Positions 43,420 through 56,000 are shown, counted from the whole stretch's first letter. The stretch: DNA of 63,901 nucleotides, filler included, from Reclinomonas americana ATCC 50394 (GCA_048213135.1; 9 parts of 9 records of this genome joined end to end with filler, not necessarily neighbours in it), one strand, 5' to 3'. Translations and numbers: made by a program. Notes: a model not told the origin generated them from the sequence alone.

Positions 43420-45117
43420 ATGCGAATGACCGTGGAGTCGCGGCCATGCCGCCGCCCACCAGCCGCGGCGTCCATGCGCGACCCGGACGATAATAATGTG
43501 GCACTCCAGCAACAAGCGCTGCTGGTCCCAGGACCATCACCACCACAGTCATCACTGCCGTTGCTGCAGAGCAACGATCACCCGCGACAATACTCACTGG
43601 TGGCACGGCAGCAGCGCCTGCTGTGCTGGTGGCGTGCAGCCGTGTTGGCGTGCCTCGGCACCTTCGTCGTGTTGTCACTGGTGGCGCCACTGGCCCCCCA
43701 CCTCCTCGCCACACCCGTGTGCCCTGCTGCGGGCAATTTTGATCCCAATCACCATCGCGGTCTGCCGAACAAGTCGCGCTCGCCGCCAGACGGCAGCGGT
43801 CCGTCCATTCTCTGCTACCAGGACCACCTCAGCACCGGCATTGTGGAGTGGCCACAGCTGCCGATGGCGGCCGGTGTTAACGTCCTGTTTTCGGCCGGCG
43901 CCGGTCGGATTGAGCGACGACCGCCTGTGTCGCTGGAAACAGGTGCCGCACTCGCCTCCCTCGACCACGTGCTCACGCTGTTCGAGTCCAGCTACTGTGG
44001 CGACGACGTGTGCCATGTACGTTCGCTCCCACAGCACTACTGGACCACGTCGCGCGCCGAGGCCCTGGAAGACGAAACAGCCGATCATCGACCATGCACG
44101 TGCGAGCGACCGATTGACGACGGTCGCTCCGTGCAGCTCCTGGCCTTCTCGCAGGCGACGGTGGTCACGGACGGCACCGGTGCTGGTCGATTCATGTGGC
44201 GCACTCGCCACACCGGCGGCCACCACCCGCAGCAGCTGACGGCCTTTCACGCAGAGCTCGTGCAGCCGGTGGCCTACGTTCCGTGGCGGTCGCCTGCACG
44301 CCGGCATCATCGTCGCCTGGTCAACATGTGCCTCAACTGGGGTCGCCCATGGCAGCACTTTCTCCTGCTCCAGCTGGGCCACGTGTTGCAGGCGGCCGAT
44401 CACCTGCACGACGCCGCCTGGCTCGTCGGCAGCCGTGAGTCGCGGGCACTCCTGCTGCAGGCGCTTCGAGCTGCCGGTGTACGTGTCGATGAACGCAATG
44501 TGTGGCTGTGTGGTAGCGGCAGCAGCGACGGCCAGGTGTATACCCACACGGCGGATACGATGTTGCTGCTGGGCGAGTTTCCGCTGTGGCCGCCCGACTA
44601 TCCGAGTCGAGCGGCACTGGAGAGCACGCGGCTCCTCTTTGCGCAACAGGATGCCAAAGACAACAATCAACCGTCGTGCACGGTCCTGTACCTGGCGCGA
44701 CATAGCGACAGTCCACACCTATTAAGCAGCACGCGCTACGTGGACGAGCGCGTCGAGCAGCACCTGCTGCGCAGCCTGCGCCTCGCCCTGCCTTCGCACT
44801 GCGCCGTCACCGTCTTTGACGGCTCCCTGTCGCTCACCGAGCAGAGCAAGGTGGCGCACCTCTTCGGAAGCGCCACCGCCGTGCTCGGACCACACGGCGG
44901 CGCCTTTGCCAACACGGTGCACTGTCGGAGCGACACACTGGTGATTGAGATTGCCGATCCGCGACAGTGGACCGGCTACTGGCACGTGGCACAGGCGCTG
45001 CAGTTGCGCCACCGACTGGTCCCAGTGCGCCTCGATGCGCATGGCGTCTTTCGGTACCTCCCGGTCGAGGATATCGTCGCCGCAGTGGTGGAAAGGATCG
45101 AGGAAGTGGTGAAATGA
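43420..45117 (+). CDS. Glycosyltransferase family 61 (DUF563)-like type II membrane protein, intronless
   Basis: N-terminal TM anchor, WQHFLL, VLYLAR, LTEQ...LFGSATAVLGPHGGAFANTVHCRSDTLVIEI. Start codon uncertain (43420-43474). Confidence 0.85.
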   Translation: MRMTVESRPCRRPPAAASMRDPDDNNVALQQQALLVPGPSPPQSSLPLLQSNDHPRQYSLVARQQRLLCWWRAAVLACLGTFVVLSLVAPLAPHLLATPVCPAAGNFDPNHHRGLPNKSRSPPDGSGPSILCYQDHLSTGIVEWPQLPMAAGVNVLFSAGAGRIERRPPVSLETGAALASLDHVLTLFESSYCGDDVCHVRSLPQHYWTTSRAEALEDETADHRPCTCERPIDDGRSVQLLAFSQATVVTDGTGAGRFMWRTRHTGGHHPQQLTAFHAELVQPVAYVPWRSPARRHHRRLVNMCLNWGRPWQHFLLLQLGHVLQAADHLHDAAWLVGSRESRALLLQALRAAGVRVDERNVWLCGSGSSDGQVYTHTADTMLLLGEFPLWPPDYPSRAALESTRLLFAQQDAKDNNQPSCTVLYLARHSDSPHLLSSTRYVDERVEQHLLRSLRLALPSHCAVTVFDGSLSLTEQSKVAHLFGSATAVLGPHGGAFANTVHCRSDTLVIEIADPRQWTGYWHVAQALQLRHRLVPVRLDAHGVFRYLPVEDIVAAVVERIEEVVK

Positions 45118-45155
45118 AAACGCAGGCGTTTCCGTACTTCATCTTTGTTTGTTGA

Positions 45156-46470
45156 ATGCGTTTTGTGCGACTTGGCAGTGGTGGAGAGGCGTCTCTGGTG
45201 CCGTTTGAGGGCCAGACAGTAGTGGTGGTGAGTGCACTCACAGAGAGAGAGAGAGAGCGGGCAGAGAGTGTGACTGAGTGGAACAAATTGTGTGAGGAAA
45301 GCATGAGCATGCCGGGAGTGGCGAGGAGAGTTGTCTCCCTGTCTGTGCACTTGCTTCAGTGTCAGCGAGTGTGCATGCTCCGACATGCGTGTGTGTGTGT
45401 GCGTGCGGATGACTTGAGTTGTCCACTCTGTCATGCGCATCTCTCTGTCTTTCTCTCACACACACTCTGGCTCTGTGTGTGTGTACCCTGCTGCCCTTCC
45501 ACACACACACACGCACGCCCGTCGACTTGCTGTCACATGAACATTCCCCCTTCATTTCCCTGTGATAACATTGCTCTCATACATATGCAGCCGACCCTCG
45601 GCACAGGCAACCTCGGTCAACTGGTCGTCGACCTGCTGATCAGCAACCTGTGCCCCAGTGCAGCCTCGCCAACCACCTGCGGAGTGCGTCGCGTGGGCCT
45701 GCTGGACACACCGCACGTGCTTCCCTTTGCCTCGGCCGACCCGTACATGTCTCCGAGCGCCACTGCCTCCTCCAAGAAGAGCAAGCGTCGTGCTGCTGCT
45801 GCTGCAGTCGCAGCAGCGAGTGAGTCAGTGCGCCAGGAGCCCATGCACTTTGCGCTGGAGGTGTACCAGGCGGCAGAGGCGCCCATTACGCTGCTGCAGC
45901 TGCGCTCGCCGATTCGACGTGGGCGCACCGAGGACTTTTCGCGCGAGTTGAGCGCGTGGATTGCGGAGCAGCGCTTCTCGCGGGTGCTGGTGGCCGCCGG
46001 TGGCAACGCCTCGTGGTCGGCCGATGCTGACATTGAAGGGTACGCGAACGGTGCCTTTGTGTGTCAGTAAGTGGTGAGGCTCATTGCGCGTGTGTGGCAG
46101 GCCGCATCTGTGCACGCTCGGGCACAAGGAGTGGGCCGACGCACTGCCGGCTCCGCTTCCGCACCTGGACCACGCCTCGCCACAAGCTCACCTGTACTAC
46201 GGCTCACGCAGCCCACTGGTGCTGCTGCTGAACGCGCTCACGGCCGAGGCCGATGCCGCCGCTCGGTTACCCTCACTGGTTGTCTCGCGTCTCTGCAACG
46301 AGGGCGACAACACCGCCGATGCGTTCATTCTCGCCGAGCTGGCACTGGCCGCACTGACCAGCGTGCTTGGCGAGAGACCTCCGTTGGCTCCTGAGTGGCG
46401 CATGCCCACGAGCTGGTCGCTGCTGTTCGGACCGTCTCTGTCCATGTCGGGCGCGAGCGACATCTTTTGA
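45156..46470 (+). CDS. PSMG2: Proteasome assembly chaperone 2 (PAC2)
   Basis: VVV|PTLGTGNLGQLVVDLLI, ALEVY, LLQLRSP, LCNEGDNTADA, WRMPTSWSLLFG. First intron is 363 nt (45228-45590). Confidence 0.9.
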
Positions 46471-46528
46471 CAGAGAACGAAGACAAGATCGCGAGTGTGG
46501 GCGAGAACGTAGTTAGTGAATCGATCTC

Positions 46529-47907
46529 ATGGCAGCTGCATCAGTGGGCGAGGGAGAGAAGAGTGCATCGCGTGAGCAAGTGGAGCTCATTGCAGCTGCG
46601 GATGAGTTCTTTCGCGTGTCAACACCTCCACGTTGCACAGACGAGGTCTGTGCGTGCGAGTGTGCAACAGCAGCGCGCTTGTCTCCTTCACTGATGTGCG
46701 CTCTCTCTTGCTGCATCAGCTGCGGCAGGAGGTGGAGGCCTTTTGCAGCATGCACGCTGCGAGTGGTCGCCGACTGGTGTGTGTGACCAGTGGAGGCACC
46801 ACTGTGCCTCTGGAGCGCAACACTGTGCGCTTTATCAGCAACTTCTCGTCGGGAACACGAGGCGCGGCCTCAGTAGAGTTAAGACAGAGACACGCACACA
46901 CACAAAGATAGACTTTTGTGCTCATTGATTGATATCTTTGTTGATTAGGTACTTTATCCGAGCTGGATATGCTGTGGTGTTCCTCAATCGACGCTTCTCG
47001 ATCCAGCCCTATAACAGGCACATTCTCGAGGCGAAAACGAACGTATTAGACTTGGTGCGAGTCGACGAAAGCGGGCGCATCGTTGGTGCGTGAGGGAGAC
47101 ATTGTTGGCGAGGCCAGGTGACAAACAGTACCGACTGGTGTGTATTGCAGTGACGGAGGAGACGCAGCATACGCAGTTCCCGCGAGTGGTGGCCGAGTAC
47201 CACGAGGCCATGTCGCAGAAACTGCTGCTGCGTGTGCCGTTTGAGACGGTATTTGAGTACTTGTTCTTCCTGCGCGTGGTTTGTGAGGCGTTTGCGCCGC
47301 ACGGTCGCTCGACAATGGTGTACTTGGCGGCGGCTGTCTCCGACTTTTATGTTCCCGAGGCGGCCATGGTATGCGCACGTGTGCCTCTGTCGTAGTTGCG
47401 TTCGTGCCCTCATGTGCGGCGCGCAGCCCGAGCACAAGATCCAGTCGTCGGCGGGACCGCCACCGATTGCGTTGCAGGAGGTGCCGAAGATGCTGCAGAT
47501 GATTCGCTTTCGCTGGGCGCCCGAGGCCTATGTTGTGTCCTTCAAGGTGAGGTTCATCGAAGAGGGGAAAGGAGGAGACGACGGCCTCACTCATTCGCGC
47601 CGCAGTTGGAGACCGACATTTCGTTGCTGGAGAAGAAGTCGCGCGACGCCATTGCACGGTACGACGTGAATAGCGTGGTGGCCAACATGCTGCAGAGCTA
47701 CAAGGAGTGGGTGGTGGTGTATCGCGCCGACGGCGGCGAATCACGATTGTCGCGAGTAGATGGCGAGGAGCTGGAAAAGGTGCCTGCACAGCCGGCTCGT
47801 GCGCGAAAGTTGCCAACTCACGTGCATGTGTTTTTTTCCCGCAGCCCCTGGTGCACACGCTCGTGCAGTTCCACGACGACTGGCTCCTCACTGGCGAGAC
47901 GACGTAG
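46529..47907 (+). CDS. PPCS: Phosphopantothenate-cysteine ligase
   Basis: [68 protein letters not shown]. Confidence 0.95.
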
Positions 47908-47976
47908 CGGCCGGCACGACAGACGAAAACCAACAAAAACAATAAAATGCAGATTTTGGGTTCATTCGTCCATTCG

Positions 47977-49433
47977 TCACGCGTCACTCGAGGAACCCGA
48001 TCCGCTGCCGTATCCACCGAGGCCGAGCAGTGCTTCTGACGGCTCCGCACCTGCAACGCGTAGCACGTCAGTGTCTTCCCCCGTGAGTGGAATTGACCAT
48101 TGTGGTGCACGCAACTGACTGCCGACTGCACCGGCGGCGGTGGTGGCGCTTTCGGCTTCACCTGGATGGCGATCTTGACGCCGGTGGCCTTGGGTTTCGC
48201 CAGCACCAGTGTGGCGTTGCCGATCTTTGCTCGCTTCAGTGCCGGCTCTCCGCTGTCCGCTGCGCTCTCTTTGGCCATCTCCAGCCCCTCGGCCATCATC
48301 GTGCGTTTCTAAAACCACAGCAGGAGTGAGAAAACACTGTTGCAAAAAGGATCCGGTGCTGCATCTCCAACTCACCCTGCCCTCCCCAGCACCGTCGCCC
48401 TCGTCGCTCTCCACACGCTTCACAATCGGCTGGTTCTCCGGGTCAAAGTACGAGCGCGCCAGCATCTCATCCTCCATCTCGATGCGCGCCAGCTGTTCAC
48501 CACGGGTGAGACGACGATGCATTTGCAGCACAACGAACGACAACACAGAACACTCACCAGCTCCTCATACTTTTTCCGGTGCATGTCGAGCAGAGTGTCC
48601 GTGTCGACGCGCGCATGCAGCGCATTCATCGAGCGAATCTCGTCGAGCTTGTCCAGCATCTCTGCAACACACACACGCACGAGTTCAGCAAACAGCCTCA
48701 GCACAATGCGGAGGCCAGCACGCACCCATCTCCGCCTTGGAATCAATCGTCCGACTCTCCAACAGCTTCATCGCATCGACCTCGTCCAACTTGGCGCCCG
48801 CCTCACGCTCCAGCTCCTTCTCACGATGCTCGACCCACGGCTCAAAGTTCCGAATGCACCCCGCCTCCGCAATGTAATCGCTGTTCTTCGGATCGGTCTT
48901 GATCGTGAACTCGCCCGCACACACCGGACACCGCATGTAGAAGCGGAAGATGCGCAAGCCGAGGTAGTCCTCGCCTTGCACGGTTTCCTTTCGCATAGGA
49001 TGAGCAAGCTGCATTGAGACTGTGTGTGTTGTCTCGAGCAGACCTTTCGCGAGTTGAACTTTTTGCCTGCGCCCATGTACTCTCCACACGTGGAGCAACG
49101 CAGACTCATCGGCAACATCATGCGCACAGTGACTTGCATGTCTTTGGGTCGCCGAGTGCGAGGCACCAGTGCCGGCTAACAAAAAATAAGCACAGTGTGA
49201 GAGAGAGAACAGCAGTTGCTCTAAGAGAGCAAGCGCGTAACATCAAAGTCCGCTGCAGTGAGAGAGAGAGAGAGAGAGTGAGCAGAGAGAGAGAGAGAAA
49301 GATGCATTTTCGCGCGCGCGCAACGCAACGTGGATAGTACTTTTGAATAACCTGCGCTCACACACACGCACAATGGTCAGTAACGCACACACTCTCACAC
49401 TCTCACGCACAAACGCACCTTGCGCTCGCCCAT
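47977..49433 (-). CDS. YJU2: Splicing factor YJU2/CCDC94
   Basis: [72 protein letters not shown]. Confidence 0.93.
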
Positions 49434-49652
49434 TGTGTGTGTGTGTGCGTGTATGACAATCACGATGATGAGTCACCGCGGGTGATTGTCCCTCGCAGTG
49501 TCTCGCAACCACTGCACAGCTGTCAAATACCTCACTCACTTTTCTCTCTCATACATATACGCCCGCACCCTGCATTCTCCTTCTCCTTTTTTCGTGCGTG
49601 ACAATTGAGGTAGTGAGTCACCTCCCGGGATTGGCCGTGATTGTACCTTGCG

Positions 49653-51994
49653 ATGTTGGGGGGCGCCAGTGGTCACTCCACTAGCGGTCTTCCCGCCGGT
49701 TTCTACCGCACAACTGTCGAGTATCGTGTGCGCATTACGCGCGTGCGACAGCAGATTGTGCGATCAGGTGAGTGAGAGTGAGAAAAAGTTGACTGCACTC
49801 TCTCTCTGTCTCTCTGTCTCTCTGTCTCTCACGCGCATTTGTGCGTAGACTGGGTGCTTCCCGAGCGCTACGAGCTCACCTCTGTGCTGGGCTCGGGCGC
49901 ATTTGGTGTTGTTGTGTTGCGTTGTTTTCGTCACACAGTGTCTCTCTTTGTCTCTCTGTGTGTGTGACTCTTTGTGTGTCGCAGTGCGGCGCTTGATAAG
50001 GAGAGTGGGCGACAGGTGGCTGTCAAACGCGTGGAGAATGCCTTTCGCTCGGCCGCAGAAGCCAAGCGGTTTGCCTTTGTCACTCTCACAGTCAACCCCC
50101 CCACTCATCCCTCTCTAACATCTGACTGACACACGCAGCTTGTTGCGCGAGTTGAAGATCTTGCGACACATGCATCATGATAACGTGCGTCGCCTTCTCG
50201 TTGTATATCGACAAGGTCGACATTGAATTTCTTTTGCTTCGTGACAGATCATTCGACTGGTCGACATGGCAAAGCCGACTGCGTATGCCGATTTTCGGCA
50301 CTTGTACTTTGTGTTTGAGCGCTGCCATGTCGACTATTCCACGTTGCGACTCTCGTGTCCGTTGATATCGGCCGCTCTCGTCTCTCATGCGGCGATTGCA
50401 GGGTGCTCAAGTCGCCGGTTCCCATTACGGAGGATCAGCGACGGCGCTTCCTCTATGAGATGTTCAAGGCGCTCAAGTACATTCACTCGGCCAATGTGCT
50501 TCACCGTGACCTGAAGCCCGGTAATATTCTCACCACGGAGGAGGGCGCCATCAAGCTGTGCGATTTTGGGCTGGCGCGCTCCGTCAATCATCAGGGCGAG
50601 GATCGGTCGTCGCCCGAAATGACCCTCTATGTCGTTGCGTCCCTGTTGCCGCGGTGTCTGTGTCTCTGTGATGCTTACTCTCTAAGAAAATCCGAATCGT
50701 TAGGTGACACGGTGGTACCGTTGAGTATCTGCGTGCTTTGTCTCGTCTATGACCGTGTGCTCACCACAGGCTTCCTCGCACAGGCGCTCCGGAACTGCTG
50801 CTGTTCTTTTCGCGATACACCACAGCAAATATCCTTATCGTTATCGTTAAGCTTGCTGCTCTTCTTCTTCTTCTTTGTCTCCGTCCTTGACTCACAGCTC
50901 GGGCGTGTCGCACTCGACGTGTGGTCGGCTGGGTGTGTGAACTTCTTGTTTCTCCTTCACTCCACCTCCGCCCTTGCACTGAACAACTTTTTCCGTGCAG
51001 TTGCATCTTTGCCGAGACGTATTTGCGGTCGCCGCTCTTCCCGGGCTCCACTCGTTGCGTTTCTCCCCAGCGCCCACTTTGCCGCCTCCGCCGTCATTTG
51101 TCGCTCACTGGCGGAGTGCAGAGCTCAACCAAATCACCACGGTGTTCAACCTGATCGGGACACCGAGTCAGGAGGAGGTTGATGAGATTGGCTCGGCAGA
51201 GGTTACGTGCATGTGATTCGACTCGTGAGTCCGGCGCGGTCGTCCTCATCTCTCTCTTCGCACAGGCAAGACAGTGGCTGTCTACGCAACCGAGAAAAGC
51301 ACGGAGCTCATTTGCGGCCAAGTTCCCACAAGCGCCAGACGAAGGTACTTGCTTCATCATCGTCGCAGTCTCCTTTGTCTTCACGTGGTTCTCATCTCGT
51401 CCGCGGCAGCCATTGATCTGCTGGAGCGCATGCTGGTGTTCCACCCGTCGAATCGCATCTCGGTCGACGACGCTCTCGCGCACCCCTATTTTAGCTCGAT
51501 TCGTGATCCCGCGTCGGAGACCACGGCGCCCAGCACGCTCAACTTTGAGTTTGAGCAGCAGGACTTGACGCAGGAGACTGTCAGAGGTCCGTCTCTTTTT
51601 TTTGCCTGGCGATGTGTGTCTATTCCCCTCTCATCATGCCGCAGAACTAATCTGGCACGAGATCGCGTCGATGCATCCCGACCTCGTACCGCTCGGACCC
51701 ACACCACCGGAGGGTGCCGCCGCCACCGACGCTCCTCCCGAGGTGGAAGCCGCCGGTGGCTCCGGCTCCGCGCCACCAGAGTCGGACGCAGACACCGGAG
51801 CCACTGACGACGGCAGCTCCAGCGCAGCGGCCGACGGTGGCGGAAGCAGCAGCAGCGGCAGCTTCCTCAGCCCGATTTTGCCCACGCCTCCGCCTCCGCC
51901 CATGGCGACAGATGCGGGCTCGCCACCAGCGGACCCGCTGTCGCTTTCGTCGTCAGACTACGCAACACCACCGCCGCCTCCAACATCCGTGTGA
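49653..51994 (+). CDS. Mitogen-activated protein kinase (activation loop TLY)
   Basis: LGSGAFGVV, VAVKRV, RLLRELKILRH, HRDLKPGN, CDFGLARS, MTLYVVTRWYRAPE, AIDVWSAGC, DLLERMLVFHPSNRISVDDALAHPY. Confidence 0.94.
50829..50913 (+). other. U12-type (minor) AT-AC intron, 85 nt
   Basis: Donor ATATCCTT, branch TCCTTGAC at 50884-50891, ends AC. Removal restores the conserved kinase subdomain IX YTTA-I-DVWSAG. Confidence 0.95.
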
Positions 51995-52193
51995 CGAGCG
52001 TGTAATGTGCAGCCAAAATGTATATTCAAGGGTAAAAAAAGAAGAATGACGAGGGACAAGGGAGACACAAGAAGAAAACTCAAGGACGCTTTCATCGCAC
52101 ACGCACAGTCACACACACAAAACGCCATGAACCAACAACCTAGGGGAGAAAAAAACAGAGAAGCAAACGCCACTCGCATGGGGGACTGAAAAA

Positions 52194-52491
52194 TCACCAC
52201 TTGAGATCGTCGAATGGTGTTGCGTTGGCCTTCTTCGGACCCGCCTCATCACCCGTTCGCTTCTTCGCACCGAGGCCCGTGCCTTCCCGTGAGGGTGCTT
52301 GCATCATGCCGCCTGCATTTCCAACCAAGAAATATAAATGAGTGTCGGCTGGCAAACCAATGAGGAATTCTCNNNNNNNNNNNNNNNNNNNNNNNNNNNN
52401 NNNNNNNNNNNNNNNNTTAATTAATTAANNNNNNNNNNNNNNNNNNNNNNNNNNNNNNNNNNNNNNNNNNNNGGGCGCGCGGTGTGGCCAT
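52194..52491 (-). CDS. Fragments of a gene mostly lost in a gap (possible start MATPRA; last exon ...KKANATPFDDLKW*)
   Basis: TGCAG acceptor followed by an open last exon ending TGA at 52194. ATG at 52491 reads into the gap. Linkage of the two parts is inferred. Confidence 0.4.
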
Positions 52492-53053
52492 TGTGCACAC
52501 ACGCCACCAACAACAAAAAAAGAAGCACGGCAAAAGTGCCGAAAAAAAGGAAAACTGCTCCCTGCCCCCGCCTCTTCCTCTCTCACTCACACACACACAT
52601 GCACACACACACGTGCAATGCACCACGGCAAGGCACGCAGGGCGTGTGAGAGTGAGTAAGACATTTCGGCGCAAACCCCGCCCCTTGTTCCGATGCAAAT
52701 CAACTCCCACTCTCTCTCTCTCAGTCATGCATACACACGCACAACAACAGCGACAGAGTGTGTGCGTGTGACACACACACAAGTGTGCACGAAAGAACGA
52801 ACATGCAGTCTGATGATGACGTGTGTGTGCGAAGATGCACTCAGTGTCTCTGTCTGCTGTTGCGCATGTTCTCTCTCTCTCTTCCGATTGAAGTGCAAGC
52901 AAAGGGACGCAACATGCGCACACGCTCGACGCGCACAAGTGTGATTGAGGCCGATTGAGGGGACAGTTGCCGTCTGTCCACGCGCGAGCGGCATTGTGCA
53001 CTCGGGCCATATCGTGTGACGGAGGAGAGAGTGTTAGTGTGTGCGAAACAAAC

Positions 53054-56000
53054 ATGAGTCTTGATGCACGACTGCTGCGTCAACGCGAGGCACTGCTGCG
53101 CGCGGAACACAATCGCCCAGTTGCGTTTTTTTCTCTATCTCTCTGATGCAGTACAGCACACGCACGCACAGAGACACACAGACACGCACAAAGAGAGAGA
53201 CAAGGAGAGCACGCCACACATCCCACACACACACGTGCGCGACAACAACAACAACGTTGTGCGTTTGCGCGTCATGTCATGGCGCAACTCAACTCCTCAC
53301 GCTCACCAAACACACACTCATGCACGCACACAACAGGACATGCGTGCGGCCGACCGCGTGCAAGAGCGCGAAAACCGTCTGCGAGCAGCCGAGGAGAATG
53401 CACACGGGTACGCACACACAAACACACAAACACAAACACGTATTGGTTTCGGCCCTCACTTTGATGATGTATGCAGTGACTTTGCTGCTGCGGAGCGGTA
53501 TGCGGAGGAACAGGCGCGGGATCGTGGCAGCAATGGGTACTCGGTGCCGACACTGTCGGTGTTGAGTGTGGCGCGCACAGAGACTCCAGTCGATGCGAAT
53601 TTGTCGAGTGCTGAGCGCTCCGATGCCGACAGTCTCCTGCAGGTCCTCTATGCCTCTCCCTCTCTCTGCCTCTTACTCTATGCGTGTCTTGCTGACTGTG
53701 TGTGTGTCGCCCGCGGCTGCTGCTGCATCAGCGATTGTACTTTGGTGGTGGTGGTGGCGGAGGTGGAGCACCGGCGCAAAGCGTGCGTCATGAATCCTAT
53801 ACTGCACCGCCGCCACCGGCGATATCGACGGCGGCGGCGGCGGCAGTGGGCGCCTCGCGTTTCTCGGAACATTCGCCGTCTGGTGGGACGGAGACGTCGT
53901 CGGTCGGCGACTCCCCGTCGTATCTGATGCACACCGAGTCCGGTAAGCGTGCTGTTCATTGTCGTCGTCTTCTGCTGGTGTGATGGGTGCTGATTAGTGC
54001 GTGTAGTGGACCTGCACGATGATCCGTTCCTGCGTGAGTTGTCGCAGCAGCTGTCGCGCAACTCGGGCTCGCAGGCGCACCTGCATGCGCAGGCGTCGCC
54101 GCCGGTGCACCTGCAGCAGAAGCTGCCCGAGTCGCCGCTGGATATTGATGCCAATATGCAGCGCTACGGCCTTGCGCCGTCCACCGTTGCCGATGAGAGC
54201 TTTGATGTGAATGAGTATCTCTCGTTGCTGCGTCAGAACGAGAGCATGGTTGGTGGTGGCAGCAGCACTGGTGAGTCGCACGAGCACCTCCACGTAGCCC
54301 GCGCAGTCGCTGAAACCGCCTGAAATGCGCAGGATCGGCACCCTCCGCTCCCGCTGCTCCCGCCGCCTCCACGTGGCACAAGTCCGAATCTCTCGACGAC
54401 AGTGGTGTGTCTGCGTGTGTGTGCGTACAAAGGCAGGCAGGTCGTCGTCGTGCTCACACTCGCTGTGCGCGCCCGCAGGTGACGATGTGCGTGAGACGTT
54501 TGTGAAGCGCATCAATCGACTGGCAGAAGCCGAGGCGGCACTGAGTGCGTCGTTGGCGGCACATCCAGAGTACGAGCGCTCTGCCCTCGGTTCCGATCTG
54601 GTCGACACCTCTGGCGATATTTCGACCACCTACCAGGAGTTCTTGGTGCGTGCGAAGTGCCCGATTGCCTGTGCGTGCGCAAGCTCACGATTATGCGTGT
54701 GCACGTAGAGTCGCTTCCACTCCGACGGTCCCAGTGCTCCCCGCTCTCAGGCCAATCCAGATGAGATCCTGGCGGTGTGTTTTTTCACTACCACTGTGCA
54801 CGACTACCTGTCCTGCGTTTGTTTGGCTCATCTTTTCTTCCTTCTCTTTCTATTTTGCAGTCCATTCGCTCGCCGAGCAACCTGGAGGATTTGAGTGAGG
54901 ACCAACTGCGTGCCTACCTGCAAGAGGAGGAGAACGAGTGGCGTCGCTACGTCGGCACCATCACCAACAAGCAGTTCCATCAGCCGCGAGGTGTGTGTGT
55001 GTGTGTTTGTTCATACAATATAGTGCTGTTCGTGGGTTTCTCACAACGAAGCATGCAGCCTCTCCGCCCGAGAACCGCCGACTGTACGAGGAGTACTTGG
55101 ACTTCCGTTTTGGTCGCAACGAAAAGTCACCTCGTCGCATGGAGTCAGTGGAGCACCGTGATAGTTGCGAGGGCTGCTTGATGTCACGTCTTTTTCTTTT
55201 TAGTTTCTAACCCCGCGGCATGCAGTGTCGACCATGACACCCGATGAGCAGCGCGAGTACATGCGCACGCTGGCGATGCGTGAGGAGTGCGTGCGCAAGA
55301 AGCGCGTGAACAAGATGGTGAAGGACGCGGAGGAGCGCAAGCGCCACATTCTCAAGGACCGCCTGCGGAAACTGCAGGAGGAGAGCCAGGAGGCCGTCCG
55401 TCGCTCCCTTCGTGCCGCCGAGCGCAAGAAGCAGCAGCAGCAACAGCAGCAACAACAACATGCGCCAAAGCCAGTGGCACACCCGGCGCAGTCGCACGAA
55501 GTCGCACCCGGCGCTTACACTCCCGCAGGCCGGTCAGACTCCTCGTCGATTGCCGGCAGCGTCGGTAACGGCAGCCAGCCGACCGAGATGACAGCAGCGG
55601 CGCCGCCGTACTCTCGCGACGGGCCGATTGCACTCGAGGTTCGTTGTGTGCACTGACTAGTTGCACAGTGTTGCTGTGATGTGTCGCTAAAGTGGATGGT
55701 TGTGTGTTTCGCGCAGGACTACGAGGGTGGTGCGCACCTGCAACGGATACGTCAGCAGCGTGCGGCGGAGGCAGCGGGTGTGGTGGTGCGCCCTCGCGAA
55801 CCGGTAACGACCGATCGTGAGGTGTTGCAGAAGCAATCGGAGCAGGCGGCGCTCAAAAAGTTGCGCGAGTTGAAGCGCGACGAGCAGGACCGCCGTGAGA
55901 AGGAGGAGATGGAGAGACGCAAGGTCCAGGCCGAGAAGAATGCGGTTGGTGTCCACTGCGGTGCGCGTTCAGATGCGCGTCGACGGTCTCTGACAGTATT

